Made by a program: the position numbers and the translations under genes. From an uncultured Methanosarcinaceae archaeon (GTDB lineage: Archaea > Halobacteriota > Methanosarcinia > Methanosarcinales > Methanosarcinaceae), in the NCBI GenBank assembly GCA_963721455.1, contig CAVRJG010000054.1, forward strand, positions 160,001-224,000: a DNA stretch of 64,000 nucleotides, read 5' to 3'. Below are positions 42,115-53,640 of the stretch, in pieces; the stretch's first letter is position 1, and the number at the start of each line of letters is the position of its first letter. The notes under the pieces are model-generated. The model had not been told where the DNA came from. It worked only from the letters and a program-made list of their open reading frames with translations, and ran no database searches.

Positions 42115-43989
42115 TTGAGCGAACTTGAACTTCTGCCGCTCCATAAGCTTGGAGCCTGGGAAGATGAACAGAATTCCGGGGTAATAAATTTCGGGATTTT
42201 TTTACCAGGAATCTCGAAAAAATGGGGAAATAAGCTATGGGTGAAGGTTATTCATGAAAAGGATCAGTTCCTTCAGGATATACCACCCAAGAACTTTGAA
42301 ATGGAACATTCAGAGGACCTCGAATATGGGGATTACTGGTCTAGAACAATAAATATCGAATCTAAAGATAAGCCAGAACCAGATTCTGCATGGGGGACCC
42401 CCGGAAAATATGTCTATCGATATTGTCTTAAAAACTCAAACAAACAAGATCCTATTGACTGGATTATCGATCCCTTTGCTAGAGAATTCGGGGTAGGAAA
42501 ATTATCCGCTTTCACCCTGGGGTACGAACATTATGAATGGGACAAACATGAGCTGGCATGGAAAACACCTTCAATAAATGATATTGTCCTCTACGAACTC
42601 ATGATCAATGAGTTTGCGGCTGATATAGAGGGAACGATTGGCCACCTGGATTACCTTGCAGATCTTGGAATAAATTGTATAGAGCTGATGCCTCTTTCCA
42701 ACGTTGAGAAGAGGGTGGACTGGGGGTTTGAGCCAATCGGGTATTTCGGTGTGGATGAACGTTTCGGAAATAGCAAGGACATGCAAAAGTTGATTGATGA
42801 GGCCCACCAGAGAGACCTCGCAGTCATAGTGGATTCCGTCTATGCCCACACCAGTGAACTTTTTCCGTATTACTATGTTTACAATAAACTTGAATACCCT
42901 CAAGATAAAAACCCCTTTATGGGTCCGTTCGCTAAAAATGAATATGGGATAAGTACGGACTTCAACCATAAATTTACCAGCGACTTCTTTTTGACAGTCA
43001 ACAACCACTGGCTTGACTGTTATCATATAGACGGTTTTAGATATGACTACGTGCCCGGGTACTGGCTGGAAGATTCAGAAAATGGCTACACGAAACTGGT
43101 AAAGGATACGTACCATCTGGTCAAAGCAAAAAAAGGTTCTCCCGATCACTGGCAACGGTTTTTTAACGGCAAGTCCATAAATCTCATCCAGTGTGCCGAA
43201 CAGCTTGAAAAACCTGTAGAAATCCTGAATAAAACCTACAGTAACTGCACCTGGCAAAACGGAACCCTGAATGTGGCCAGGGAAGTAGCTGGTAATCCTG
43301 GCAAGTTGACTGACTTAGGCTGTCTTTTTGGTCTAATTAATTTTCCGCCGGCAGAAGTTCAGAACAACGGGGATAATATCACAAAAACTGCACTCCAATA
43401 TATAGAAAACCACGATCATTCCCGGTTTATCTGTAATTTTGGAACAACTGCCAGTGATAATGAACTTTTGAAGGAAGGCGATCGCGCCCTCTGGTATAAG
43501 GTACAGCCTTACCTTATAGGCATGTTCACAGCAAAGGGCATTCCCATGTTATGGCAGGGGCAGGAATTCGGAGAAAATTACTGGCTTCCCCAGGAAGGGT
43601 GGGGAAGAGTGCTTTTGTACAGACCTGTGCGCTGGGATTATTTTTACACTTCTGAAGGCATGCCCCTGATCCACCTCGTCAGGAAACTGGTTAAGATTCG
43701 AAGAAATAACCCTCAGTTTACCAGAGGAGATCATTTCTTTTACAACGATTATTCTCAATATCAGTCCCGGCATGTCATGCTGTTTTCCCGGACACATGGG
43801 AAAGTTTTCAGCCTGGTAGCATTAAACTTCGGAGACGTGGATCAGGTGGTGCCTTTCAAGTTCCCATCTGGAGGCAATTACAGGGAAGAACTTCACGGCC
43901 AGGATAATTTAAAGGTAGTTTCTGCGGGGGAGGAATTGCAGCTTATCGTTCCCAGCAACTATGGGAGGATCTGGACATTGGAAGTTTGA
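42115..43989 (+). CDS. GH13 alpha-amylase-family glucan hydrolase/transglycosylase (TreZ/branching-enzyme-like)
   Basis: DPFAR, YEL, ELMP...WGFEP, D.V..H, DGFRYD (nucleophile), AEQ (acid/base), ENHD and GIPMLWQGQEFG. Likely TTG start at 42115 after GGAGTG. Confidence 0.88.
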   Translation: MSELELLPLHKLGAWEDEQNSGVINFGIFLPGISKKWGNKLWVKVIHEKDQFLQDIPPKNFEMEHSEDLEYGDYWSRTINIESKDKPEPDSAWGTPGKYVYRYCLKNSNKQDPIDWIIDPFAREFGVGKLSAFTLGYEHYEWDKHELAWKTPSINDIVLYELMINEFAADIEGTIGHLDYLADLGINCIELMPLSNVEKRVDWGFEPIGYFGVDERFGNSKDMQKLIDEAHQRDLAVIVDSVYAHTSELFPYYYVYNKLEYPQDKNPFMGPFAKNEYGISTDFNHKFTSDFFLTVNNHWLDCYHIDGFRYDYVPGYWLEDSENGYTKLVKDTYHLVKAKKGSPDHWQRFFNGKSINLIQCAEQLEKPVEILNKTYSNCTWQNGTLNVAREVAGNPGKLTDLGCLFGLINFPPAEVQNNGDNITKTALQYIENHDHSRFICNFGTTASDNELLKEGDRALWYKVQPYLIGMFTAKGIPMLWQGQEFGENYWLPQEGWGRVLLYRPVRWDYFYTSEGMPLIHLVRKLVKIRRNNPQFTRGDHFFYNDYSQYQSRHVMLFSRTHGKVFSLVALNFGDVDQVVPFKFPSGGNYREELHGQDNLKVVSAGEELQLIVPSNYGRIWTLEV

Positions 43990-44119
43990 TACATATGCTG
44001 ACACAAACATCTTTCTGAAGGCGGAGGTTCAAGTTAAACAGCTTGAATTCATGATGGGTTTCTCCTGTGCTTTTCGGGTGGTAATCAATAAATACCTCTT
44101 GAGTATTAGTGAGTTCAGT

Positions 44120-45037
44120 ATGCTTCGCATAATTTTTCTTGGTACTGGAGGCTCTTTGCCTACCCGCAACAGAAATCCATCCGCGGTAATGGTCAACCGG
44201 GAAGGAGAGCTTATCCTGTTTGACTGCGGAGAAGGCACCCAGCAGCAGATGATGCGGGCAAAGACAGGGATGATGAGCCTGTCCTCTATTTTTGTCAGTC
44301 ATTTCCATGCGGACCATTTCCTGGGAATTCCTGGCCTGATCCAGACAATGTCTTTCATGGGCAGAAAAGAGCCTCTTATGATCTACGGCCCGGAGGGAAC
44401 AGGAGAATTTACTGAACTCTTTAAAGCTCTTGGCTATTTCAACCTTAAATACGAGGTTCGGGGCGTCCAGCTGAATCCCGGAGATATTGTGGAAGGAGAC
44501 GATTATGTAATCCGGGCTTTAAAGACCGAACACAGTATTCCGAGTCTCGGATATGCCCTTGTAGAAAATCCTCGCCCAGGGCGTTTCAACAGGGAAAGAG
44601 CAGTCGAACTGGGCATTCCGCCTGGTCCTCTTTTCGCAAAACTTCAAAAAGGAAACCCTGTAGAAGTGAATGGAATACTCGTAAAACCCGAAGATGTAAT
44701 GGGAGCCCTGAGGCCTGGAAGGACTGTTGTATATAGCGGGGATACCAGGCCCTGCGAGTCCGTCCTCGAAGCCAGCAGGGGTGCAGATGTGCTGATTCAT
44801 GACGGCAGCTTTGCCAACGAGATGGCAGACTGGGCGGAAGAGTCTAAACATTCGACCGCAGGGGAAGTTGCAGCCCTCGCAAAAGAAGCCGGGGTCAGGA
44901 AACTGATCCTTACCCATATTAGTTCTCGTTATACAGATGATGCTGAGCCCATCCTGACAGATTCGAAAGAAATATTTGAAGACGTGATTGTAGCCGAAGA
45001 CCTGATGGAAATTGAAATCCCGTACAGGAAGGAATGA
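44120..45037 (+). CDS. rnz: Ribonuclease Z (tRNA 3' processing)
   Basis: FLGTGGSLP, DCGEGTQ, HFHADH, GP exosite arm, SGDT, HST and HISSRY; start moved to ATG 44120. Confidence 0.95.
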   Translation: MLRIIFLGTGGSLPTRNRNPSAVMVNREGELILFDCGEGTQQQMMRAKTGMMSLSSIFVSHFHADHFLGIPGLIQTMSFMGRKEPLMIYGPEGTGEFTELFKALGYFNLKYEVRGVQLNPGDIVEGDDYVIRALKTEHSIPSLGYALVENPRPGRFNRERAVELGIPPGPLFAKLQKGNPVEVNGILVKPEDVMGALRPGRTVVYSGDTRPCESVLEASRGADVLIHDGSFANEMADWAEESKHSTAGEVAALAKEAGVRKLILTHISSRYTDDAEPILTDSKEIFEDVIVAEDLMEIEIPYRKE

Positions 45038-45194
45038 GCCTTTTGATTTAGATATAAAAAGAAGAGACGGACTATTCTGAAAAAGAAGCTTTCAAAGAGG
45101 ATTCTAAAAATTCAGAACTCCCTTAAAGAGAGTTATAGAAGTTATTGAGATCTTCTACCTGAAAATTGCAGCAGAAAAGAATAGGTAGCAGAAA

Positions 45195-45248
45195 TAATCT
45201 GCATTATTAATCTCTGCATTATTAATCTGCATTATTAATCTGCATTAT
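45195..45248. repeat. 13-15-bp tandem repeat TAATCTGCATTAT, about 4 copies
   Basis: Seen directly between convergent genes. Confidence 0.85.
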
Positions 45249-45265
45249 AATAGAATCGGATTAAC

Positions 45266-45526
45266 TCAAACAAGAGTCCAATCCAGCTTTTTGTCTTCGG
45301 CATCGTAGAGTGTAACTCTCATTGTTTTGTCTTCTACCTCATAGACAGGCTTGATACCTAAATAGAGAGTGTCGCCGTGGCTAATATTGAGTTCGCCATT
45401 CACTCTTCCGAAGTATACCCTGCCTTTAGTACCGTTTTCTTCTACTGTTATACCTTTCCAGACCAGGTTCTGGATTACGTTTATAACTCTACACTCAAAC
45501 CGGTCGACTTCACGTATATCATTCAT
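45266..45526 (-). CDS. Small hypothetical beta-rich protein (86 aa)
   Basis: Clean ORF with protein-like composition and a TATA-like TTTATGTATAAA upstream; family not recognised. Confidence 0.7.
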   Translation of the reverse strand: MNDIREVDRFECRVINVIQNLVWKGITVEENGTKGRVYFGRVNGELNISHGDTLYLGIKPVYEVEDKTMRVTLYDAEDKKLDWTLV

Positions 45527-46306
45527 GGGAATCCCTTTTAATGCTTAGTTCGTATCTCATTAAGACCTTATTCAAATACATTTCTGTTAGACAATAACGA
45601 TTTTTATACATAAAACTATTCCCGGTTTTTCAGGGAAAGAAGAAAGGCATGTGAAAGCACGACACTTTTAAAATTAGTGCTTTAAGAACCAGGTGCTTCC
45701 TCATTAAGAAGTGTATATTTTGAGAGGCCTTCAATTTAATATTTTTCTTAATCTCTATTTATTTTGAGTAAACAAACGTAGGTGGCCCATCAGTAATAGG
45801 TTGATATTTTTCAGAACATTCACATACCTGCTTTCTGCACCTTATTTTCCGCGCCATGTACGTTTATTCTTTGATTACTGCATGTATGCTCTTGCGAAAT
45901 AGCTTCTTATTATGAGCAGGATATGCAAGTCCGCTTTTTTAGAGAAATGTTTGATTATCCCACAGCAGAGTAAAAGACACCTGGAAACTGAGTAAGGATT
46001 TAATTATCCTTAACAGCTTCCACCAGTTGACAGCTTTACCGGTACAAATTTCCACAACCAACTGCTTCGTAAATGATTTTATTAACGGTCGTCATCCAGC
46101 TTCTAATCATAAACTTTTCCATAAGATTGATGTTTATCTCTTTAGCGTGGTCGCTTTCCAACTGGGAAATTATAATTAACCCATGCAAAACAACGAAGAG
46201 CCCTGCTTTTCTTTATTAGGTGGATTGCGCTCTGGCTTGCTTCTCCAGAAGGCTCGGCTCTACAGCAATAGGGAACTTTTTTCTAAGCTCACCTGTGTGC
46301 AGAAAG

Positions 46307-46363
46307 CCAGAATATACACAACGCGGAAAATGAGGACGGAATGCGAGTATGTGTATATTCTGG
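46307..46363. terminator. Perfect 14-bp inverted repeat downstream of the AAA gene
   Basis: CCAGAATATACACA (46307-46320) and TGTGTATATTCTGG (46350-46363) with a 29-nt loop; function inferred. Confidence 0.45.
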
Positions 46364-46395
46364 AAAAATATCAATTTATATCTGGTTTTTACAGC

Positions 46396-47514
46396 TTAAA
46401 CATAGAGTTCAGAAGGATCTTGAGGGAGTCCTGTTTTGCCAAGTTTTGCAAGGGCTTTTTCGAAATCCTTACCTGTTACTATTTCCCTGTCTTCGATAAT
46501 TGCCTGGTGGAGGGCTGTCTTCAAAATCTTTTCCACAAGGTCCCTGCCCGAAAGTCCTTTTGTTTTATTTGCAAGAGCCTGGAAATCGTAGTCTTCTACA
46601 GGCAAGGGGAAGGTTTTCACATTTGATTCGAATATCCTGAGAACCTCTTCTTCTCCAGGGAGAACAAATTCGATCTCTTCTTCAAACCTGCTTCTTACAG
46701 CAGAGTCCAGGGAATGAATCCGGTTTGTGGAGCAGATAGTACATACTCCATCGCGTTCCACTATACCATCCATTTCGGTCAGAAGAGCGTTTACGATCTC
46801 ACTTACGTCTCCTCTTAACTCCTGGAATTTCCTGTCCAGGGCTATGGCATCAAGTTCGTCAATGAAAATGATACATGGAGCCATTTCTTCTGCCCGGTCG
46901 TAGAGCTGGTGGATCTGGCGGGCTCCATCCCCCACGAATTCCCCTATAAGCTGGGTGGCTTTTACAGGAATGATGGGCACATCGGTTTTGTTTGCAAGGG
47001 CTTTTGCAAGCATTGTTTTTCCGGTGCCTGAGGGCCCGTAAAAGAGAATATTTCTTGGTGCCCATTTCCCGAAACGTTCGGGCTCTTCGAGGAAGCGTTC
47101 GATCAGCCTGCACTTTTGCTTTGCAAGTTCCTGCCCGACTACGTCTTCAAACATAACGCTGCTCTTTATTTCCGTAGACGAGGGAAGGCCGTTTTCCTCC
47201 TCAGTTACGATAATTGAGGTTGAGTTTCCTATCATGGATTCTGCAGGTTCCACATCTATAATTCGGTAAGCAAAATCCGGAAACATCCGTCGGTCAAAGA
47301 GATAATCTCCTTTGCGGGCAACACACCCATTCCACTGTTCCCTAGCATAGAATTCAAAAACATCCCTATTTTCAATAACAGGATATTCGTCCATCATGCC
47401 GCTTAACGGATAACCTTCAGGCTTCAGAATAAGAAGCTCGGAAGTAGACTTCACAAACTCGGTATTGTTTTCATGAGTCTTTTTCGCGTTCACTCTTTGT
47501 GAGACTGGTCGCAC
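46396..47514 (-). CDS. AMA-family AAA ATPase (Archaeoglobus/methanogen AAA chaperone)
   Basis: N-terminal GYPL motif, beta-clam-like 'GDYLFD..MFPDFAY', Walker A GPSGTGKT, Walker B IFIDELD and SRH 'TN....LD.AVRSRF'. Confidence 0.88.
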   Translation of the reverse strand: MRPVSQRVNAKKTHENNTEFVKSTSELLILKPEGYPLSGMMDEYPVIENRDVFEFYAREQWNGCVARKGDYLFDRRMFPDFAYRIIDVEPAESMIGNSTSIIVTEEENGLPSSTEIKSSVMFEDVVGQELAKQKCRLIERFLEEPERFGKWAPRNILFYGPSGTGKTMLAKALANKTDVPIIPVKATQLIGEFVGDGARQIHQLYDRAEEMAPCIIFIDELDAIALDRKFQELRGDVSEIVNALLTEMDGIVERDGVCTICSTNRIHSLDSAVRSRFEEEIEFVLPGEEEVLRIFESNVKTFPLPVEDYDFQALANKTKGLSGRDLVEKILKTALHQAIIEDREIVTGKDFEKALAKLGKTGLPQDPSELYV

Positions 47515-47519
47515 TTTGT

Positions 47520-47558
47520 AATCAACTCGAATACTTTTTAATCAACTCGAATACTTTT
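47520..47558. repeat. 20-bp tandem duplication AATCAACTCGAATACTTTT(T) just upstream of the AAA start
   Basis: Seen directly. Confidence 0.85.
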
Positions 47559-48206
47559 CTATACCACTATAGTAATCCGAAGAGCTAATAAAATTAACCC
47601 TATAAACCAATCAGGATATTCGACTGCGAAAGGCTCACCTTATTCGTGGAGCTAAGAAAATGACCTTCTGAAACATTGCTATCAAGGCATTCTAGAGGCA
47701 GCCATCTGTCAGGTCTGTTCTCAGGGCCTCAGGTAATTATTATATATTCAGATATTCAATTTACCAGTGTATATGTCCTGAGAGACATTATATGAGTGCA
47801 AAATATTTATATGGGTGTAAAATAGTTATGTAAGTGTAAAATATTTGTATGAGTAGACAGATAAATGATTTATTATTTGAAATATGCTTGAATCACCGGT
47901 TATGTAAAATAACAGGTTTTCTAAAGGTTCTAATGTTGGAATTTTAAGATTGTGGCCCTTTGTGATGCGCATGAAGGTCTGATTTGAAAGAGAAAGCTAA
48001 TATATTAGATAAATAATATAAAACTCTCAATTATTGAATTAAGATTATTTTCAAGCATCGTTTGAAAATTTATGGCTAATGTCTGGTAAATTACCTGGCT
48101 AATATATTTATGTATCAATTCCTAAAATTGTACAGTAATGTTACGTTGGTAATATAGCAGACTAACGACTTAAGAATCTCAGTACTAGATAATGTAGTTT
48201 CAGAGC

Positions 48207-48404
48207 ATGATTTTTATGTTTACTATGGAGAACACGGAAGGTTTCGACCAGAAAACTCTTGATAAGATGAACGCTGAAGTCAAGAAAACTATGAGCAAGC
48301 ACGATCCGAAGTCAAAAGAATACAAAAAAATATTTGAACAGATTGAAGATCAGGTCTTCGACAAATACTGTTCCGAGGTGTTCAGGCCCTCTCTCAAACT
48401 TTGA
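48207..48404 (+). CDS. Small hypothetical helical protein (65 aa)
   Basis: FTMENTEGFDQKTLDKMNAE; followed by a T-rich terminator-like tract. Confidence 0.65.
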   Translation: MIFMFTMENTEGFDQKTLDKMNAEVKKTMSKHDPKSKEYKKIFEQIEDQVFDKYCSEVFRPSLKL

Positions 48405-48562
48405 TAATTTACCGTTCCGTAAATACTGCGCCGGTAAATTTTTATTTTTATTTTTTTACTTAGCTTTTAATTTTCATCTGATTTAATTCCTTTAATTTTG
48501 TCCTGTTTTGGGTTTAACCCGTATCGATAACTTTTTTATATTCCTGCTTCTTATTCTCAATT

Positions 48563-49096
48563 ATGGTTCCTTGCATCAAAATCAAGGCTTTGAGTTTTTT
48601 CCTTCTCGTTATGCTTTTGTTTGCCCCGATGGCAGGTGCAGCCTCAAATGCAGGCGATATCCAGAAAGCCGACCTATTTGAAGCCCTTAAGAATTCTACC
48701 GCTGAGAATGATCTCTTTACAGAACTGAGTGCAAAAGCCGAGCTTTATAACCAGAATTTCGATAAAGTTCCCGCAATCCTCAAGAGGCTTGTAGCAAGTG
48801 AGGAAATTGCCGGGAAAATTAAACTTGAGAACGGTGAGATGCTTTACGTGACTTTACTAATGAGAGGAGGAAAAATAGGGGATTTTTACAGATATGACAC
48901 TCCTAACGATCCGAACTCAAAGTTTGGGCCTTCCATAAAAGTGGAAACTGATGAGAAAACCGTAAGAAAAGTGCTTGATTCGAAAGAGCCCTTAAAGGAA
49001 GCCGTAAAAAACATGAATGACGGCTCTTTAAAGGTTGAGACTGAAGGGTTCTTCCGGGACACCGTGCTCTGGACTTTAAAGCATCTTTATTCATGA
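48563..49096 (+). CDS. Secreted hypothetical protein
   Basis: Sec signal peptide (..LFAPMAGA|AS); YNQNFD..P..LK.L and C-terminal GFF pattern, possibly SCP2-like. Confidence 0.75.
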   Translation: MVPCIKIKALSFFLLVMLLFAPMAGAASNAGDIQKADLFEALKNSTAENDLFTELSAKAELYNQNFDKVPAILKRLVASEEIAGKIKLENGEMLYVTLLMRGGKIGDFYRYDTPNDPNSKFGPSIKVETDEKTVRKVLDSKEPLKEAVKNMNDGSLKVETEGFFRDTVLWTLKHLYS

Positions 49097-49192
49097 ACTC
49101 AATAAAAAAGATTTAATTTGAAATGCCCTTCCCTTCTTATTTTTCGGGGAAAGGGTTCTTACCTTATTTTTTTCAGAATTTCAATGTCAGGA

Positions 49193-50386
49193 TCAATGCT
49201 TGACAACCTCTCCGGGATGCGTAGATCTTCCCTTTTCCATTATCACACCGATATTTATACTTGTATTGATACCGGTATGCACGTCATCCCCCATAATCAC
49301 TCCGAGTTTTCTTCTGCCCGAGTCAAGAATCCTCCCTTTCATCATTACTTTTATATTTTTCCCGTCATGCCGGAGGTTTGCAACTTTCGTGCCCGCCCCG
49401 AAATTACAGCGGCTCCCGATGATGCTGTCCCCTACATAACTCAGGTGTCCCACATGGGTATCTTGCATAATAATTGAATTCTTGATTTCCACGGCATTTC
49501 CTACCCTGGCATGGTTCCCGATTGCAGTGTAAGGGCGGATGAAGCAGTTAGGCCCTATATCGCAATTTTCTCCTATTACCACAGGGCCTTCAATATAAGA
49601 ACCGTTCCTGATAAGGGTGCCTTTTCCAATTACAACCTCACCTTTTATAGTTGCATTCGGTTCTACCGTGCCTTCGCACCTACCCTTAAGGTCTTTCAGG
49701 AGGCTTTCATTTGCTTTCAGAAGGTCCCATGGGTATCCTATATCTATCCACCTGCCTTCAAGGGGGCTGTAGCCTACAGCTGCTCCGCTGTCGATCAACA
49801 TCTGGATGGAATCCGTAATCTCTAATTCCTTTCGCACCGATTTCTGAGTCCTGTCAATAAAGTCAAATATGGATTGCCTGAAAAGATATATTCCGGCATT
49901 TGCAAGGTTAGTGGGAGGATTTTTAGGTTTCTCTATTATCCTGATCACTTTATTATTTTCGGTCTCAATAACTCCGAAATCAGAAGGGTTCTCCACCTCT
50001 TTTACGCAGATGACAACTTCTTCTGTCCTTGAAAGCAGGGCTTTTAAGTCCTCCTGTCCGATAAGCATGTCCCCGTTAAGTACAAGGAATGCCCCCTCTA
50101 CATGTCCCCTTGCATACTCTATTGCATTTGCAGTCCCTAACTGGTCCTTCTGCTGCACGTATTCTATGCTTACTCCCCATCTGCTCCCGTCCCCAAAATA
50201 CTCTCTGATCTTCTCTTCCAGATAACCTGTGATGAAGACAAACCCCTCAATGCCTGCTTGTATGGCTGAGTTAAGGATATGTTCGAGTATGGGTTTGTTT
50301 GCGACCTGGAGCATGACTTTAGGACAGCCAGAAGTCAGAGGCTCCATCCTTGTGCCTTTGCCTGCCACAAGGACAACCGCTTTCAT
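49193..50386 (-). CDS. glmU: Bifunctional sugar-1-phosphate nucleotidyltransferase/acetyltransferase (archaeal GlmU)
   Basis: [11 protein letters not shown]...PK, GTA.A, NGD, left-handed beta-helix with HLSYVGDS and GAGT..AN. Confidence 0.9.
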   Translation of the reverse strand: MKAVVLVAGKGTRMEPLTSGCPKVMLQVANKPILEHILNSAIQAGIEGFVFITGYLEEKIREYFGDGSRWGVSIEYVQQKDQLGTANAIEYARGHVEGAFLVLNGDMLIGQEDLKALLSRTEEVVICVKEVENPSDFGVIETENNKVIRIIEKPKNPPTNLANAGIYLFRQSIFDFIDRTQKSVRKELEITDSIQMLIDSGAAVGYSPLEGRWIDIGYPWDLLKANESLLKDLKGRCEGTVEPNATIKGEVVIGKGTLIRNGSYIEGPVVIGENCDIGPNCFIRPYTAIGNHARVGNAVEIKNSIIMQDTHVGHLSYVGDSIIGSRCNFGAGTKVANLRHDGKNIKVMMKGRILDSGRRKLGVIMGDDVHTGINTSINIGVIMEKGRSTHPGEVVKH

Positions 50387-51687
50387 TTAAGCGCCTCCTT
50401 TACTATCTTTTCAGCCATCTCAAAAATCTCATCAACGTTCTTCCGGGCTTCAGCCGTAATTCTCACTTTTGCCTCTGTGCCCGAGGGGCGGACAAGTACC
50501 CAGCCATTTTCCATTTCCACGCGGATGCCATCGATATCAAGGACTTTTCCCAGGGGCTCGAGTTTAACCTTTACTTTTTCCATAAACTCTGCCTTTTTTT
50601 CGTTTGCACAGGGGAGAGCCCCTCTTTTTGTGGCATATCTGGGAAGCTCTTCTCGAAGCTCACTTAATTTCTTGTCCTTCACAATCTCAACAAGTCTTGC
50701 GGCTGCATAAATCCCGTCCGGACAGTAGGAAATCTTCGGGAAAATCCAGCTTCCTGAAGGCTCACCTCCGTAGATAGCTCCGCATTGTTTTATGCCTTCT
50801 GCGACATAGACGTCCCCAACCCTTGTCCTCACAATTTCCGAACCCTTAAGGAAATCGTCAACCATCATCGAGGTGTCCACAGGCACGACAACTGTCCCTT
50901 TATTGCCTCTGCATTCAAAGAGCCCGAAAATTGCAAGCAACTCGTCTCCTGACACGAAATTGCCTTTCTCGTCTACTGCCATCATCCTGTCTGCATCACC
51001 ATCGTGCGCTATTCCCAGATCGGCTCCGAAATCCACAACAGCTTTTTTGAGCATGGAAAGGTTTTCATCGGTCGGCTCCGGATTTCTCGCAGGGAAGTGG
51101 CCGTCAGGCTGGGCATTCAGGGTTATTACCTCACAGCCCAGTTCCTGGAGGAGATAAGGGCTGATCGTCCCTCCTGCCCCGCATCCGCAGTCCAGTACTA
51201 TTCTCAGACTGGAACTTCCGACGAACTTTTTGATCATATTCATATGGGCCCGAATAGCATTCCCGTCTTCTTCGAATTTGCCGATCAGGTTCCAGGGAAC
51301 TCTGGAAAAGCTCTTGTCTTCAATAGCTTTTTCAATCTCATCCTGCTGCGCCGAGTCAAAAGCCATGCCGTCAGGATTCCAGAGTTTGATCCCTACATAT
51401 TCAGAAGGGTTGTGGGAGGCTGTGACCATTACGCCACATTCGTATTCTCTGGCTGCGTATGCCAGGGTTGGGGTGGTAACAAGGCCTATCTCTGTAACAG
51501 CACAGCCTGCTGCGGTCAGTCCTGCGATCAGGGCATGCTCGATCATCGGGGCCGAAACTCTTGGGTCCCTCCCGATAACTGCAGTCTTTTTCCGGCTTCC
51601 CAATACAAGCCCTACATTAAGTGCAAGTTCGGGCGTGATTTCTTTGTTTGCTATCCCTCTTATTCCTGAAGATCCGAAGAGTTTCAT
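50383..51687 (-). CDS. glmM: Phosphoglucosamine mutase
   Basis: [28 protein letters not shown] and RPSGTE; start moved to ATG 51687. Confidence 0.92.
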   Translation of the reverse strand: MKLFGSSGIRGIANKEITPELALNVGLVLGSRKKTAVIGRDPRVSAPMIEHALIAGLTAAGCAVTEIGLVTTPTLAYAAREYECGVMVTASHNPSEYVGIKLWNPDGMAFDSAQQDEIEKAIEDKSFSRVPWNLIGKFEEDGNAIRAHMNMIKKFVGSSSLRIVLDCGCGAGGTISPYLLQELGCEVITLNAQPDGHFPARNPEPTDENLSMLKKAVVDFGADLGIAHDGDADRMMAVDEKGNFVSGDELLAIFGLFECRGNKGTVVVPVDTSMMVDDFLKGSEIVRTRVGDVYVAEGIKQCGAIYGGEPSGSWIFPKISYCPDGIYAAARLVEIVKDKKLSELREELPRYATKRGALPCANEKKAEFMEKVKVKLEPLGKVLDIDGIRVEMENGWVLVRPSGTEAKVRITAEARKNVDEIFEMAEKIVKEALK

Positions 51688-51767
51688 ATATCCCACTCCG
51701 AAGTTTCCTGAAGTGTATTTTCTCGAATTCTCTCGAGTTCTCAATTTATAAATATTCAGTTTTTCCA

Positions 51768-53621
51768 TTATTCCACAGTGACGCTTTTCGCAAGGTTGCG
51801 TGGTTTATCAATAGAGCAACCCCGAGCAAGAGCAGTATAGTAAGCAAGCAACTGGAGAACTACAACACTGAGCAGCGGAGAAAGCAGTTCGCTGCTCTGA
51901 GGAACCGTGAGGATAACGTCTGCATATTTTCCGATCTCTGTGTCTTTGTTATCGGCCACTGCGATAACGATAGCGTCCCTTGCTTTTACTTCTTTTATAT
52001 TGCTCAGCACCTTTTCATAAGTCTGCCCTTTTGTCGCAATGACAACCACAGGCGTTCCTTTTTCAAGAAGGGCAATTGGACCGTGCTTAAGCTCGCCTGC
52101 GGCAAAACCCTCTGCATGCAAATATGAAATTTCCTTCAGCTTGAGGGCTCCTTCAAGGGCAATTGGAAAGTTCAGGTGCCTGCCGAGGAAGAAGTAACTC
52201 TTTGAGTGAGCAAAATTCTCTGCACATTCCTTTATTGCTTCTTTCTGGTTAAGGATCTGCTGAATCTGGCCCGGCACTTTCCGGAGGTCCGTAATGAACC
52301 CTTTAACATAATTCGGGCTTAGTTTGCCTCTGGAGAGGGCAAATTTTACGGCAAGCAGATAGAGAAGTGTAAGCTGGGTACTGAAAGTCTTGGTCGCCGC
52401 AACTCCTATCTCGGGCCCTGCTCTGGTATAGAGCACACTGTTAGCTTCTCTTGTAATGGTGCTTCCTACAACATTTGTGATTGCAAGGGTAGGGCAGTTG
52501 TAGGACATGATTTCCCTCACGGCTGCGAGGGTATCTGCAGTCTCTCCTGACTGGGTGATTGCAATGGCAAGAGTCCCCTCATTCATAACCGGGCTTCTGT
52601 ACCTGTACTCCGAGCAGATATCTATGTCGCAGTGAATTCCTGCCAGCTGCTCAAAAAGGTATTTTCCAAGCAGCCCTGCATGCCAGGAAGTTCCGCAAGC
52701 CAGGATCTGAACCCTTGAAAGTTTCCTTATTTCCTCCTCACTCAGGTTCAGTTCTTTGAGATTTATGGTTCCTTCAAGCTCCGAAACCTTGCCTGCGAGG
52801 GTATTATGAATTGCGCTTACCTGCTCGTGAATCTCTTTAAGCATGAAGTGTTCGTAACCGGCTTTTTCAGCAGCTTCAAAGTCCCATTCTATTTTTTCGA
52901 TCTTCTTTTCCCTGACATTTCCCTCTCTGTCAAAGATCTCTACACCAGAAGGAGTCAGAACTGCTGTATCAAAATCGTCTACGAAGATAACATCTCTCGT
53001 ATAATTCAAAAAAGCAGTTACATCCGATGCGGCAAAGTTTTCCCCCTTTCCAAGGCCTATAACAAGGGGGCTATCTTTCCTGGCAAGCACGAGTTTTCCA
53101 GGTTCATCAGCACTTAAAATTGCAACAGCGTAAGAGCCCTCAATTTCCTTCAGGGCTTTCCGGAGGCCGGCAAGGAGTTCGCACTTTGCTTCTTTTCCAT
53201 CGGGCTTTTCGTATATGTGCTTGTACAGAAGATGTGCGATCACTTCTGTATCTGTCTCGGACTTGAATTGATATCCCTCGGAAGTAAGCTGCTCTTTCAA
53301 TGCCATGTAGTTTTCGATAATCCCGTTATGCACAACCGAAATCTTACATGGATTTCCAGAGTTGTGCGGGTGGGCATTTTCCGTGCTTGGCCGTCCATGG
53401 GTTGCCCAGCGGGTATGACCTATTCCTACGTTTCCGCCAATTCCTTTAGGGAGTACGGCTTCGAGGTTTACAATTTTTCCTACTGATTTGTAAGTATCGA
53501 GTCCGCTGCCCAGAACCGTAATACCAGCAGAGTCATATCCGCGGTACTCGAGCTTTTTGAGTGATTCTATAATGACAGCTGCAGCAGAATTCTCCCCTGC
53601 ATATCCTACGATTCCACACAT
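51768..53621 (-). CDS. glmS: Glutamine--fructose-6-phosphate aminotransferase
   Basis: MCGIVG (N-terminal Cys; start 53621), [27 protein letters not shown]-type motif and [11 protein letters not shown]. Confidence 0.96.
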   Translation of the reverse strand: MCGIVGYAGENSAAAVIIESLKKLEYRGYDSAGITVLGSGLDTYKSVGKIVNLEAVLPKGIGGNVGIGHTRWATHGRPSTENAHPHNSGNPCKISVVHNGIIENYMALKEQLTSEGYQFKSETDTEVIAHLLYKHIYEKPDGKEAKCELLAGLRKALKEIEGSYAVAILSADEPGKLVLARKDSPLVIGLGKGENFAASDVTAFLNYTRDVIFVDDFDTAVLTPSGVEIFDREGNVREKKIEKIEWDFEAAEKAGYEHFMLKEIHEQVSAIHNTLAGKVSELEGTINLKELNLSEEEIRKLSRVQILACGTSWHAGLLGKYLFEQLAGIHCDIDICSEYRYRSPVMNEGTLAIAITQSGETADTLAAVREIMSYNCPTLAITNVVGSTITREANSVLYTRAGPEIGVAATKTFSTQLTLLYLLAVKFALSRGKLSPNYVKGFITDLRKVPGQIQQILNQKEAIKECAENFAHSKSYFFLGRHLNFPIALEGALKLKEISYLHAEGFAAGELKHGPIALLEKGTPVVVIATKGQTYEKVLSNIKEVKARDAIVIAVADNKDTEIGKYADVILTVPQSSELLSPLLSVVVLQLLAYYTALARGCSIDKPRNLAKSVTVE

Positions 53622-53640
53622 TTTTTCACCCATTTTGAGA

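Noticed and set aside
43961-44119. N-terminal extensions in the ORF track (rnz; likewise UPF0179, GH13, glmM, glmS, rpa)
   Set aside because: Family motifs begin at downstream starts; the extensions are longest-ORF artefacts.
46183-46626. 147-aa plus-strand ORF
   Set aside because: Half overlaps the AAA gene in antisense and crosses an inverted repeat; no family features.
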